From NCBI GenBank assembly GCA_963841915.1, contig CAWJEN010000005.1, positions 128,001 to 192,000 on the forward strand: DNA of 64,000 nucleotides. The letters run 5' to 3'. A model generated the notes under the pieces. It was not told the DNA's origin and did no database searches. It saw only the letters and a list, made by a program, of their open reading frames with translations. The DNA is from an uncultured Planctomycetota bacterium. GTDB lineage: Bacteria > Planctomycetota > Phycisphaerae > Tepidisphaerales > Tepidisphaeraceae. The position numbers and the translations under genes were made by a program. The first letter of the stretch is position 1. Each line of letters opens with the position of its first letter. Below are positions 32,124-41,986 of this stretch, piece by piece.

Positions 32124-34769
32124 ATGCCTTCTCGCTCCAGCGACCGCGCTTCTGACCCCGCCACCAGTGGCGTCGGGCCGTTGTTCGATGCGCTCGGCAG
32201 CGTGGCTGACACGCTGACCCGCAGCCGGTCAAGCGACGTCGTACGCGCCGACCTGCACTGCCACAGCGACGCCTCCAACAAGACCGGCGAGGCAGCGCTG
32301 AACATGATCGGCTGCCCCGAGTCCTACTCGCGGCCGACGGACGTCTACGCCCAGGCGCTTCGCCGCGGCATGGACCTCGTCACCATCACCGACCATGACT
32401 CGCAGGAAGGCGTCCACACGATCCGCCACCTGCCGGGCGTGCTCATCGGCGAAGAACTCACGTGCTGGTTCCCTGAGGACGGCTGCAAGATGCACGTTCT
32501 CGTCTACGGCCACACGGCCCAGCAGCACGACGACCTGCAACGGCTCGCGACCAACCTGTACGACGTCGCCGAGTATTTCGAGGACCACCAGCTCGCTCAC
32601 AGCGTCGCCCACCCGATCTATCGGCAAAACGACAAGCTCGAACGGTGGCACCTCGAACGACTCCTGCTCATGTTCAAGAGCTTCGAGTGCCTCAACGGTG
32701 CCCACAGCAGCCTGCACCGCGAAGCGTTCGAGCCGCTGCTCGACAAGCTCGACGCCGCCCAGATCAGCCGGCTGAGCACCACGCACGGCCTTAAGCCGCG
32801 TTGGCCCGAGCCTTGGAAGAAAGGCCGCACCGCAGGCAGCGACGATCACGGCCTGCTCAACATCGGCCGCACCTGGACCGAGTTTCCCAAGGACGTTCGC
32901 ACCGCAGAGGACGCCTACGCAGCCATTCGCGAAGGGCGTACCGCGCCCGGCGGCGAAGCGGGCAGCAGCGTCAAGCTCGCTCACACGTTCTGGGGCGTGG
33001 CCGTCCGCTACTACACGCGGCAGATGCTCGACGGCGGCGGCCAGGCGGCCAACCTGCCGGCGGCGCTCATGCAGGCCATCGTCGGTGAACGCACCAAGCC
33101 CGGAAAGCTTCAATTGGCCTATCTCGCCGCACGAGGCAAGGTCGGAGCCATCCGCAAGAACGTTACCGCCAAGTTCCGCAAGCCGGCCGACGGCACGTTC
33201 CAGACCAGCGGTCTCGTCAAGAACCTCTTCGTCGCCAGCGTCCGTCGCCGTCTGCCCGAGCACCCGCGCCTCGTCGCCGAGCTCGAACGCGGCCTGCCAC
33301 CCCTGGGTGATCACGACGAAATGCTGCGGTTCGTCCACAGCGTCAACCGCGACGTCTCGGGCGGCATCGCCGACGCATTCCAGAAGTCGATCGACCGCGC
33401 GTCGCTCGTCGGCATCTTCGACGCCGTCGGGGCGGCCCTGGCACAGCAGTTCGTTCTGTCGCCGTACTACTTCGCGCTGTTCCACCAGAACAAGGAGCGG
33501 ACGCTCCTGCCGAGCCTGACGCGGCAGGATGTTCGGCGTCGCGGCGACCGGCTCAAGGTCGCGCTCTTCACCGACACCTTCGACGAAATCAACGGCGTCG
33601 CACGGTTCATCCGCGACATGGGCCGACTCGCGACCGAGAGCGGCAAGCACCTGACGGTCCACACGAGCGTGCCCGCCGCTGACATGCGGTTTGGCCGCGA
33701 CGAGGCACCGTTCCGCCGAAACTTCGAGCCGATGGTCAGCCGCCCGATGCCGTTGTACGACGAGCTGAAGGTCAACGTCCCGCCGATCCTGGAAGTGCTC
33801 GAGCACTGCGACCGTGAGCAGTACGACGTGATCCACGTCAGCACGCCTGGACCGATGGGCATGCTCGGCCTGGCCGCGGCGGCCATGCTGCGGGTGCCGG
33901 TGCTGGCGACCTACCACACCGACTTCCCGGCGTACGTCGAAAAGCTCACCGGCGACCACCGCCAGGCGGGCAACGTGGCGAACTACATGAAGTGGTTCTA
34001 CCGCCGCCCCGCCGCCGTCTTCTCGCGGAGCAGCGCGTACCGCTTCAAGCTGACCGACCTCGGCGTCGACGACGGCCGCATCCGCCAGATTCAGGCGGGC
34101 ATCGACCTCTCCAAGTTCACGCCCGACGCCCGCAATCCCGATGCCCTGCGTGCCGCCGGAGTTGATCCACACAAGACGCCGCGTGTGCTGCTGTACGCCG
34201 GCCGTGTGAGCGTCGAAAAGAACCTTCCGCTGTTGGCCGACGCGTTCGCCAAGCTCTGTGAGCGTCGCGACGACGTGTGCCTGGTCGTGGCAGGCGACGG
34301 GCCGTACCGGAAGAAGATGATGGAGCGGCTCTCGGGCCTTCCGGCCCATTTCCCTGGCTACTGCGATGACCGCGAGTTGCCTGCGCTGTATGCGTCCAGC
34401 GACCTCTTCGTCTTTCCCAGCCGCACCGACACGCTCGGCCAGGTCGTCATGGAAGCCCAGGCCAGCGGCCTGCCGTGTCTTGTCTCGCCCGAGGGCGGGC
34501 CGAAGGAAACGGTCGCCGACAAGGAGACAGGCTTGGTGCTTCCCGCACGCGACGATGCACACATCGGCCTGTGGGTCGGGGCCATTGACCGCTTGTTGTC
34601 CGACGACCTGACGCTGGGCACCATGCGGTCGGCCAGCCTCGCGCGGGCGGCTCGGTTCAGCATTCGTCAGAGCTTCGATGCCTTCTGGGCTGAGCATGTG
34701 GTCGTTGGCGACCCGCCGCGGCCTGACGATCGCTCGGTTCCCGCCCCGGTTCCTGCCGGCATCCTGTGA
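32124..34769 (+). CDS. PHP-domain / GT4 glycosyltransferase fusion
   Basis: N-terminal DLHCHS, TITDHD, AHP, GSDDH (PHP metal sites). C-terminal FTDTF..INGV, YAGRVSVEKN, FPSRTDTLGQVVMEAQASGLP (GT4). Confidence 0.85.
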   Translation: MPSRSSDRASDPATSGVGPLFDALGSVADTLTRSRSSDVVRADLHCHSDASNKTGEAALNMIGCPESYSRPTDVYAQALRRGMDLVTITDHDSQEGVHTIRHLPGVLIGEELTCWFPEDGCKMHVLVYGHTAQQHDDLQRLATNLYDVAEYFEDHQLAHSVAHPIYRQNDKLERWHLERLLLMFKSFECLNGAHSSLHREAFEPLLDKLDAAQISRLSTTHGLKPRWPEPWKKGRTAGSDDHGLLNIGRTWTEFPKDVRTAEDAYAAIREGRTAPGGEAGSSVKLAHTFWGVAVRYYTRQMLDGGGQAANLPAALMQAIVGERTKPGKLQLAYLAARGKVGAIRKNVTAKFRKPADGTFQTSGLVKNLFVASVRRRLPEHPRLVAELERGLPPLGDHDEMLRFVHSVNRDVSGGIADAFQKSIDRASLVGIFDAVGAALAQQFVLSPYYFALFHQNKERTLLPSLTRQDVRRRGDRLKVALFTDTFDEINGVARFIRDMGRLATESGKHLTVHTSVPAADMRFGRDEAPFRRNFEPMVSRPMPLYDELKVNVPPILEVLEHCDREQYDVIHVSTPGPMGMLGLAAAAMLRVPVLATYHTDFPAYVEKLTGDHRQAGNVANYMKWFYRRPAAVFSRSSAYRFKLTDLGVDDGRIRQIQAGIDLSKFTPDARNPDALRAAGVDPHKTPRVLLYAGRVSVEKNLPLLADAFAKLCERRDDVCLVVAGDGPYRKKMMERLSGLPAHFPGYCDDRELPALYASSDLFVFPSRTDTLGQVVMEAQASGLPCLVSPEGGPKETVADKETGLVLPARDDAHIGLWVGAIDRLLSDDLTLGTMRSASLARAARFSIRQSFDAFWAEHVVVGDPPRPDDRSVPAPVPAGIL

Positions 34770-34776
34770 TGGTCTC

Positions 34777-34827
34777 GTCCTGCTGAGCGTGGCCCGTCCG
34801 AGTTCCCTCGGCTGCGCTCGGGATGAC
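34777..34827. repeat. Imperfect palindrome, REP-like or terminator, between convergent genes
   Basis: Left arm GTCCTGCTGAGCGTGGCC resembles the reverse complement of the right arm (GTCATCCCGAGCGCAGCC); hairpin with G-U pairs. Confidence 0.45.
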
Positions 34828-34966
34828 GCAACGGCAATGCACAGCGCAAGCTGTCCTCCTGCTGCTCCGGTGCCAAGGTTTGAGCCGCCGTTTCGGACAC
34901 AGATTGCCCGCGTCGGAACGCGAGCCAGATCGAAAGTCCAGAGTCGGAGCCGTCGTTGCAATTGAC

Positions 34967-35731
34967 TCACTCAGCCACGAGCTTCGCCACCGCTTCGGGC
35001 ATGGCGAAAGCATCGTCGGGCAGCTCCGGGTTGGCCATCGCTTCGGTGATCTTGATGGCGAGCGCGCTGCCGCTGACCGTTTGGTGACTTGCCATCGGGA
35101 CGACGAGATCTGCCCCGTTCATCGGCTGCCAGTTGTCGAAGAGCGTCGACTGGGACTCGGGCCCGAAGTCGCCGTTCCACTCGGCTGATCTTTTGATGCG
35201 GACCTTCGTCTCGACGTCGTACCACGAGCTGACGACAACGCCGCTTTGCGTGGTGACATCAACGCGGCGGGCGCTAGCCGTCGTCCCGTCGTGAAGCTCG
35301 ACGTCCTCGGCCTCACCGGTGGCCGTCGCTTCCAGGTCATCGGGCACGGGCACCTCGACGACGCCGATGAGCATGAGCCGTTCGCCTTCGGACATGATGC
35401 GTGGGCCGTTGAACGGATCGATCGCCCAGCCGACACCGTCGATGACGCCTTGCTCGAAGAGACCGACGCCCGGCAGGTCGATGGTGATGCGAATGTCCGC
35501 CGGCTGCCGGGTGAGAATCTTGAGCTCACCCGTGATGCCCATAGCGGGCAGCTCGAGTGTGCCGACCTGCTTCTGCGACTTCACCGCCTCGTAAGCCTCT
35601 ACGCCGCCGGTGGCATCGACGAATTGTTGCAGAATCGCCCGGGCGTCGGCAGGTTGCGTGTCCTGTGCCCACGCCGGGCTGCCACAGGCAAGAGCGACGA
35701 GTGCAACAGCGGCAAAGCGTGCGGGAGACAT
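34967..35731 (-). CDS. Exported protein (LolA/outer-membrane lipoprotein-sorting-like fold)
   Basis: Signal peptide ending AWA; ILQQFVDATGG..A..AVKS, beta-rich body, NPELPDDAF. Confidence 0.55.
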   Translation of the reverse strand: MSPARFAAVALVALACGSPAWAQDTQPADARAILQQFVDATGGVEAYEAVKSQKQVGTLELPAMGITGELKILTRQPADIRITIDLPGVGLFEQGVIDGVGWAIDPFNGPRIMSEGERLMLIGVVEVPVPDDLEATATGEAEDVELHDGTTASARRVDVTTQSGVVVSSWYDVETKVRIKRSAEWNGDFGPESQSTLFDNWQPMNGADLVVPMASHQTVSGSALAIKITEAMANPELPDDAFAMPEAVAKLVAE

Positions 35732-35969
35732 CGGCCAATGCTAGAGGGGACGGTCACGAACCTGGCGACCATTCTACCTACGGCGAACGGCGACGATTGA
35801 CGATCTACACGAGGCGCGCAGGCGGCCGCCGCCGCGCACATGATCGGCGGTCGTAACGCGTCGGACCGCCAGCGCAAAGTACCACGCGGCACAGCATCGA
35901 AATCCGGACGCTGCACGGCAGAATCACGCACGGCGGACCACCCGCCGACGCACTCGGCGGCTCGAAACA

Positions 35970-35985
35970 TGTTCCACGTGGAACA
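35970..35985. promoter_or_regulatory. parS centromere site
   Basis: Perfect palindrome TGTTCCACGTGGAACA matching the bacterial parS consensus TGTTNCACGTGAAACA family. Confidence 0.85.
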
Positions 35986-36044
35986 TTCTCACCCCGCCGC
36001 CAACCACCGAACCCCCGCCTTGGGGCGTGGCAAGGGGTTGCCAA

Positions 36045-36060
36045 TGTTCCACGTGGAACA
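36045..36060. promoter_or_regulatory. parS centromere site
   Basis: Second TGTTCCACGTGGAACA, 75 bp from the first, within a 22-bp palindrome (36042-36063). Confidence 0.85.
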
Positions 36061-36172
36061 TTGATGCCGATTCGCCCCCGCCTTTTCAAAATCGGCCGCC
36101 AACGCGCAGCGCAAAGAAACGCCGCGACGCTCCCGAAGAAGCGCCGCGGCAACTTTTCCAACTCGAACGTAA

Positions 36173-38377
36173 TCAGCCGATTTCTTCGAGGATCGCCTTC
36201 TGCACGTTGCTAGGCACTGGGGCGTACTTCAGCGGCTCCATGGCACTGTTGGCCCGGCCTTGGCTCATCGACCGCAGCTCGGTCGTGTAGCCGAACATCT
36301 CGCTCAACGGCACCTCGGCGTCGATGATGCGACTGTTGCCGCTCGTCCGCTGGTCGAGGATGACGCCGCGACGCTTGTTGAGGTCGCCGGTGACGCTGCC
36401 GAAGAAGTCTTCGGGCGTCGTGATCGTGACCTTCATGATCGGCTCGAGGAGCACGAGGCCGGCCTTCTTGCAGGCGTCCTTGAACGCGATGCTGCCCGCC
36501 TGCTCGTACGCAGGCGGCTTGGAGTCGACCGCGTGGCTCGAGCCGTCGATCAGCGTGACTTTCACGTTGAGCATCGGGTAGTTCGCCAGCACGCCCGTCT
36601 TCATGGCGTCACGGCAGCCTTTCTCAACACTTGGGATGAACTCACGCGGGATCGAGCCGCCGACGACCTTGTTCTCGAAGGCCATGCCGTCGACGAACTT
36701 GAACTTGGGGTTCTCGATCGCGTCAAACTCTTCTTTGGTATACGGCTCGACGGTGATGGTCGCGTCACCGAACATGCCGCTACCGCCGGTCTGCTTCTTG
36801 AAGAGGCCACGAGCCTCGGCAGAGCCGGTGATGGCTTCCTTGTAAGCGACCTTCGGCTTGCCGACGATGACCTCGACCTTCTGCTCTCGGGTCAGCCGGT
36901 TGCGGATGATCTCCAGGTGCAACTCGCCCATGCCGGCGATGATCGTTTCGCCCGTTTCCTCGTCGTAGTTGGCGAAGAAAGTCGGGTCAACGCGTCGCAT
37001 CTGCACGAGGGCGTCGCCGAGCTTCTGCTTGTCGGCACCGGTCTTGGGCTCGATCGACATCGAGATGACCGGCTCCGGGAACGTCGGCCGCTCGAGGATG
37101 ATCGGGTGATCCTGGTCACAAATCGTGTCACCCGTCAGCACGTCTTTGAGGCCGACGCAAGCGATGATGTCGCCCGCCTCGCCCTGATCGAGTGCTTGGC
37201 GGTCGTCGGCCTGCATCAGGAAGATGCGGCTGAGGTTCTCCTTGCGGTCGCGGTTGGCGTTCAGCACACGGGTGCCCTTGGGGACGGTGCCCGAGTAGAC
37301 GCGAACGAAGGTGAGCTCTCCGAACTTGTCAGCGACAATCTTGAAGGCCAGGCCACAGAAGGGCTCGTCGGGATCGCAGTGACGCTCGATCTTGATGTCG
37401 GTGTCGACCGGATCGGTGCCGATGATGGCCGGGACGTCGAGGGGGCTTGGCAGATACTCGATGACGCCGTCGATGAGCTTTTGCACACCGACGTACTTGA
37501 GGGCACTGCCGCAGAAGACGGGGTGGAGCTTGAAGTCGATCGTGCCCTTGCGGAGCGCCTGCTTCAGGGCAGCTTCGCTGACCTCGTTGCCTTCGAGAGC
37601 GGCTTCCATGACCTCGTCGCTGAACTCGCTGCACTTGTCGATGAGCTTCTCACGCCACTTCTCGTAAAGCGGCCGGTTCTCTTCGGAGAGCGGTCGCTCA
37701 TCGACCGTGGTGCCCTGATCCTCACCGACGTAGTGGTACTCGACACCCTTGACGAGGTCGATCATGCCGACGAACTCGTTGCCGAAGCCGATCGGGTATT
37801 GAACCGCGACGGCCGGTGCGCCGAGACGCTCGTGAATCGAGTTGAAGCTGAAGTCAAAGTCGGCACCCAGCTTGTCCATCTTGTTGATGAAGCAGATGCG
37901 CGGCACCTTGTATTTGGTCGCCTGACGCCAGACGGTCTCGGACTGCGCCTCGACGCCTTCCTTGCCGTCGAAGACCGCGATGGCGCCGTCCAGCACACGC
38001 AACGAACGCTCGACCTCGGCGGTGAAGTCGACGTGGCCGGGCGTGTCAATGATGTTGATATTGTGCATCACACCCGTGCGGGTGGTGCCGAGCTTCTTGT
38101 CCTCCTCGTTGCTGGTCTTCTCGGCGGTCTTGTCGCCGTAGAGCCAGTTGGCGTCATGCTCGTAAAGCCACGGCGCGCTGATGGCAGCCGAGTAGATGGT
38201 GATGCCGCGTTGCTGCTCTTCTTCGTCGAAGTCGGTCGTGGCGGTGCCGTCGTGGACCTCACCCATCTTGTGGATTTGACCGGTGTAGAAGAGAATTCGC
38301 TCGGAGCAGGTGGTTTTGCCGGCGTCGATGTGGGCGGCAATGCCGATGTTGCGGAGGACAGTGTTGTCGCGTGGCAT
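36173..38377 (-). CDS. fusA: Elongation factor G (stand-alone, divergent)
   Basis: RNIGIAAHIDAGKTT, RGITI, DTPGHVDF, NKMDK, GMGELHLE, LLEPIM, VPLSEMFGY; not flanked by rpsG/tuf. Confidence 0.93.
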   Translation of the reverse strand: MPRDNTVLRNIGIAAHIDAGKTTCSERILFYTGQIHKMGEVHDGTATTDFDEEEQQRGITIYSAAISAPWLYEHDANWLYGDKTAEKTSNEEDKKLGTTRTGVMHNINIIDTPGHVDFTAEVERSLRVLDGAIAVFDGKEGVEAQSETVWRQATKYKVPRICFINKMDKLGADFDFSFNSIHERLGAPAVAVQYPIGFGNEFVGMIDLVKGVEYHYVGEDQGTTVDERPLSEENRPLYEKWREKLIDKCSEFSDEVMEAALEGNEVSEAALKQALRKGTIDFKLHPVFCGSALKYVGVQKLIDGVIEYLPSPLDVPAIIGTDPVDTDIKIERHCDPDEPFCGLAFKIVADKFGELTFVRVYSGTVPKGTRVLNANRDRKENLSRIFLMQADDRQALDQGEAGDIIACVGLKDVLTGDTICDQDHPIILERPTFPEPVISMSIEPKTGADKQKLGDALVQMRRVDPTFFANYDEETGETIIAGMGELHLEIIRNRLTREQKVEVIVGKPKVAYKEAITGSAEARGLFKKQTGGSGMFGDATITVEPYTKEEFDAIENPKFKFVDGMAFENKVVGGSIPREFIPSVEKGCRDAMKTGVLANYPMLNVKVTLIDGSSHAVDSKPPAYEQAGSIAFKDACKKAGLVLLEPIMKVTITTPEDFFGSVTGDLNKRRGVILDQRTSGNSRIIDAEVPLSEMFGYTTELRSMSQGRANSAMEPLKYAPVPSNVQKAILEEIG

Positions 38378-38903
38378 AAGTCTTTGGAAAGTATTGCTGG
38401 TGGGCGGTTTAAAAGCCGACACCCCGACCCGCTCGGCCGTCACGGGCGACGGAGCAGGGGCGACTGCGAAAGCCTTATCGGGCCGGACCAAACGCGGATC
38501 CGCTGCGCGACAGGCGTTGTGTGATGACGGTGGATAACCAAGCCCGACACGTGCCGCAACATCAGCGGGAAGGCGTCGGAAGCCGCACGAGAACCGGCGG
38601 CGGGCTGAGGTGGTTAAGAAGCCATGGGCAGCCGCTCGGTCGACTCACGGACGCAGGTGCAGATGAACGCACGGCGCCCGCTCCGGCCGAAGCGGTCGCG
38701 GCAGGCTAGGCGCGTCGCAACGGGTTTCAAGCGCTGACGGGTGAGTTATCGGGTCACCTTTTCCCGGTAGGACGTTGCCGATCCGTGCCATCTTGTCGCT
38801 CGTACTACGGATGGATGCGACTGCCGTCCGATAACCAGAGGGTCACTTCTGCCGTCGCCCTTCAGCGACGACATCCAACGGCACCACCGCTCCGGAGCAC
38901 AGC

Positions 38904-41042
38904 ATGTCTTACCGCCTTCGACTCCCCGTCCCGTCCCTCAACGCCCGCCGGGTGGCGATGGCATTTGCCTTCGTCCTCGCCGTCGGCTTGACGTCGCTCC
39001 AGCCGGCCCCGGCCGTCGCTGCAGATGATGAACCGTCGAACTACGAGATCATCCGCGGACAAGAAGGCTTCTGGCAGCTGGCACGTGACCAGAGCGGCAC
39101 CTGGTGGTTCATCTCGCCCACCGGCGAGCAAGAGTTCCTCAATACCGTCACCACGGTCGTGCCGTACCAGCAGGGTCGTCGGGCTCTCGGGCCGCACTAC
39201 ATCTCCCGCGACTGGAAGGGCAAGCTCACCGGCACCCTGCTCGAGGGCGATGTCACCACCTGGGCTAAGCAGACGCGTCTGCGCGTTCTGGAAGCCGGCT
39301 TCAAAGGCTTCGGCGCGTGGTGCCACAAGGCATTCCACGACACCGAGATCAACCCCGATACGCCTATCACGCGTGACCTGAATCTCTGGCTCTGGACCGT
39401 CGGGAGTGGTAAGCGGGTCTACGACCCGAAGTTCGAGAAGCAGATCGAAGCCGCCGTCGTCGCACAAGTGCCGCAGCTCAAGGACTCCAAGACGCTCGTC
39501 GGGTACTTCACCGACAATGAACTGCCTTGGAACGATGACTCCGTCGGCCCGGCCGCTTACTTCGACGGGCTCTCGCCGCTCGACCCGAGCCGGCTCAAGG
39601 TCATTGAAACCATCCGCACGATTTGGCCGACCGTAGAAGCCTTCAACAGCGACTGGAAGACATCGCTCGGCAGCTACCGCGAGCTCGACAGCTGGACCGC
39701 CCTGCCGCACCACGTGCCGGGATACGGCCTGCTGTTCAACGTCTTCATTGAAGAGGTCAGTCGTGACTACTTCGAGACCACCAGCCGTCTCGTCCGCAAG
39801 CACGACCCAAACCACCTGATCCTAGGTGTCCGCTACAAGGGTTACGCGCTACCCGCAGTCATTCGCGGCCAGTGGGGCTACACCGACGCCGTCAGCATCA
39901 ACACCTACGTCAGCGACGCCCGGCTCGACCGCGACCTATTCGAAAGTCTGCACCAGGATTCGGGTGGTCAGCCGGTCATGATCGGCGAGTACAGCTTCCA
40001 CGCCCTCGACGGCCGCAGCGGCAACCGAAACACCTTCGGCTTCGCCGCCCAGGTGCCGGACCAGCTCGCCCGGGCCGAGGGGTACAAGCTCATGACCGAG
40101 CGTCTTGCGAGCGTTCCCTACATCGTTGGTGCCGACTGGTTCCAGTGGAGCGACGAGCCGCCGTCGGGTCGCATCATGGACGGCGAGGATGTGAACTTCG
40201 GAATCGTCGATGTCGACGACCGCGAGTACGACACGCTTGTCGCGGCTATTCGTGCAACGACGCCGCGGGTCAACGGCATCCACAGTGGTGAACTGGCCGA
40301 GGGCATCCAGCCCTGGCGTCCCGAGTACGAGCACGCGACGCCGACGGCAAGCATCGCTTACCTTAACGAGACCCCCAACATGGACGGCTCGCTTCGCGAG
40401 TGGACGGCCGGCCAACAGCTTGTGGGCCTGCGACGCGGCCTCACCGTCGGCAGCGAGCGGAACAGCACGAACGGCGAGCCGATCATCTACGCAGGCTGGA
40501 ACGAGGGCGGGCTCTATGTGGCCGTCGAAGTGCCGGACCGCGACATCCAGGCCGCTGCGCCCGATGGAACCTGGTGGGTTCAAGATGCGGTCGAACTGTT
40601 CATCAGCACCAACCCCGATGCCGAACGCCCTGCCCGTGGCTACTCGGTCTACGACCACCAGTTCTTCTTCGTGCCCAACCCCTTCCCGCACAGCGGTGAT
40701 AGCGGCACGTGGTCGCGATGGAGCCGCCCCGGCGACACATTGGAAGGTGCCCACGAAATCCCTGCCAAGGGCGTGATCGACGCCGCCCGTGTGCTGCCGG
40801 GTCGCTACGTCACCGAGCTGTTCATCCCGGCCGATCGGCTGCACGGTTTCTCGCCCGACTCGATGGAAGCTATCCGCTTCGACGTGAAGGTCAGTGACTA
40901 CCAGACCGCAGGCGAATTCTTCTGGTCAGCCCCGAAGGCGGCCGGTAGTCAGTACCGCCCGTTCACTTGGGGCAAGCTGGTGCTGGCCCGCCCGGACGCG
41001 GCGACGGTCGAGAACAACGTGTCGATCATGTCGGCCGAGTAG
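38904..41042 (+). CDS. Secreted GH50 (beta-agarase-like) glycoside hydrolase with C-terminal CBM9/DOMON-like domain
   Basis: Signal peptide; WWFISPTG, GYFTDNELPW (acid/base), MIGEYSF (nucleophile), WFQWSDEP..GR..DGEDVNFG. C-terminal DGSLREW, WNEGGLYVAVEV.D, DAVELFI. Confidence 0.7.
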   Translation: MSYRLRLPVPSLNARRVAMAFAFVLAVGLTSLQPAPAVAADDEPSNYEIIRGQEGFWQLARDQSGTWWFISPTGEQEFLNTVTTVVPYQQGRRALGPHYISRDWKGKLTGTLLEGDVTTWAKQTRLRVLEAGFKGFGAWCHKAFHDTEINPDTPITRDLNLWLWTVGSGKRVYDPKFEKQIEAAVVAQVPQLKDSKTLVGYFTDNELPWNDDSVGPAAYFDGLSPLDPSRLKVIETIRTIWPTVEAFNSDWKTSLGSYRELDSWTALPHHVPGYGLLFNVFIEEVSRDYFETTSRLVRKHDPNHLILGVRYKGYALPAVIRGQWGYTDAVSINTYVSDARLDRDLFESLHQDSGGQPVMIGEYSFHALDGRSGNRNTFGFAAQVPDQLARAEGYKLMTERLASVPYIVGADWFQWSDEPPSGRIMDGEDVNFGIVDVDDREYDTLVAAIRATTPRVNGIHSGELAEGIQPWRPEYEHATPTASIAYLNETPNMDGSLREWTAGQQLVGLRRGLTVGSERNSTNGEPIIYAGWNEGGLYVAVEVPDRDIQAAAPDGTWWVQDAVELFISTNPDAERPARGYSVYDHQFFFVPNPFPHSGDSGTWSRWSRPGDTLEGAHEIPAKGVIDAARVLPGRYVTELFIPADRLHGFSPDSMEAIRFDVKVSDYQTAGEFFWSAPKAAGSQYRPFTWGKLVLARPDAATVENNVSIMSAE

Positions 41043-41045
41043 GGG

Positions 41046-41861
41046 CTAGGGGCCGGCCAGCCAAGGCCGCTTGCGGAACTCGGCCGGTGTCACACCGACG
41101 TGCTTGCGGAAGATGCGGCAGAGGTAGTTCGCCCCGGCGAATCCGCTCTGACGGGCGACGACCTGCAACTTGTCGTCGCCGTTTCGTAGGTGCGAGGCGG
41201 CCAGTCGCAGCCGCGCCTGCACGATGGCATCGGCCGGTGACTGACCGGTGCGACGGACGAGCGTGCGGGTAAGGTGCTCGCGACTGACGCCGAGCATCGC
41301 CGCCAAGCCGGCGACCGTGAAGTCACGGTCGCCGGCGTGGATGCTGACGAGGCCGGTCGCATCGTTCACGAGCGGGTCGCTACCACCCGACGCCATTCGT
41401 GCTGCCGCGGCACCGGCGAAGGCGCGCATGAGCAACCCGTACAGCTCTGCCGAAGTCTCGTACGAAGCCGCCCGTCCGTCGTCACCACGTCGTTCCAGAA
41501 ACTGCCGAAGGTCGCCGCCAAGGCTTTGGGCATCGTTGATCGCGAAGGTTGAACCGAAAGTCGCGCGCACGTGTCGAAGCATTTGCCACGCCACCGCACC
41601 CGCTAGCGAGATGAACACAAGGTCATAGCGGTCACCCTCGATGCCGTAGTTGAAAGGTCCCGGGAGTTCGGCGAAGAAGGCGTGACCAACTGGCAGGATG
41701 TGGCGACCGTCGTCATGCTCATAGAACCCGCAGCCGGCGAGCGTGAGCTGAAGAACGACGTGCGGCCGTTCGGTGCGGAGGCGTGCGTCGAAGAAATACC
41801 CGTGACGCCGCTGCTCGCAGCCGCCACCGTTGAGGCGAAGAAGTGTGGCGTCGAAGGACAC
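41046..41861 (-). CDS. AraC family transcriptional regulator
   Basis: N-terminal cupin; C-terminal LAAMLGVSREHLTR and SGF..NYLCRIFRKHVGVTPAEFR. GTG start supported by TACAAT 6 nt upstream. Confidence 0.9.
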   Translation of the reverse strand: MSFDATLLRLNGGGCEQRRHGYFFDARLRTERPHVVLQLTLAGCGFYEHDDGRHILPVGHAFFAELPGPFNYGIEGDRYDLVFISLAGAVAWQMLRHVRATFGSTFAINDAQSLGGDLRQFLERRGDDGRAASYETSAELYGLLMRAFAGAAAARMASGGSDPLVNDATGLVSIHAGDRDFTVAGLAAMLGVSREHLTRTLVRRTGQSPADAIVQARLRLAASHLRNGDDKLQVVARQSGFAGANYLCRIFRKHVGVTPAEFRKRPWLAGP

Positions 41862-41986
41862 GTCACCATTGTACTAAAGGTTGCCTGCTCGTGCTATTGG
41901 CTGGCGGAATTGGCGTGGTATGGTGTCGATTCGCAGGTCACGTACGGCACATCGGCCTGCGATTGCTGCGACAGACCCAGATCCAC

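Noticed and set aside
32229..34970. 913-aa minus-strand ORF
   Set aside because: Antisense shadow of the PHP-GT4 gene; high-GC codon bias suppresses stops on the opposite strand, and it has no motifs.
35805..36161. ORF with repeated NVPRGT peptide
   Set aside because: The peptide repeat is just the translation of the two parS palindromes.
36260..38524. 754-aa plus-strand ORF
   Set aside because: Antisense shadow of fusA.
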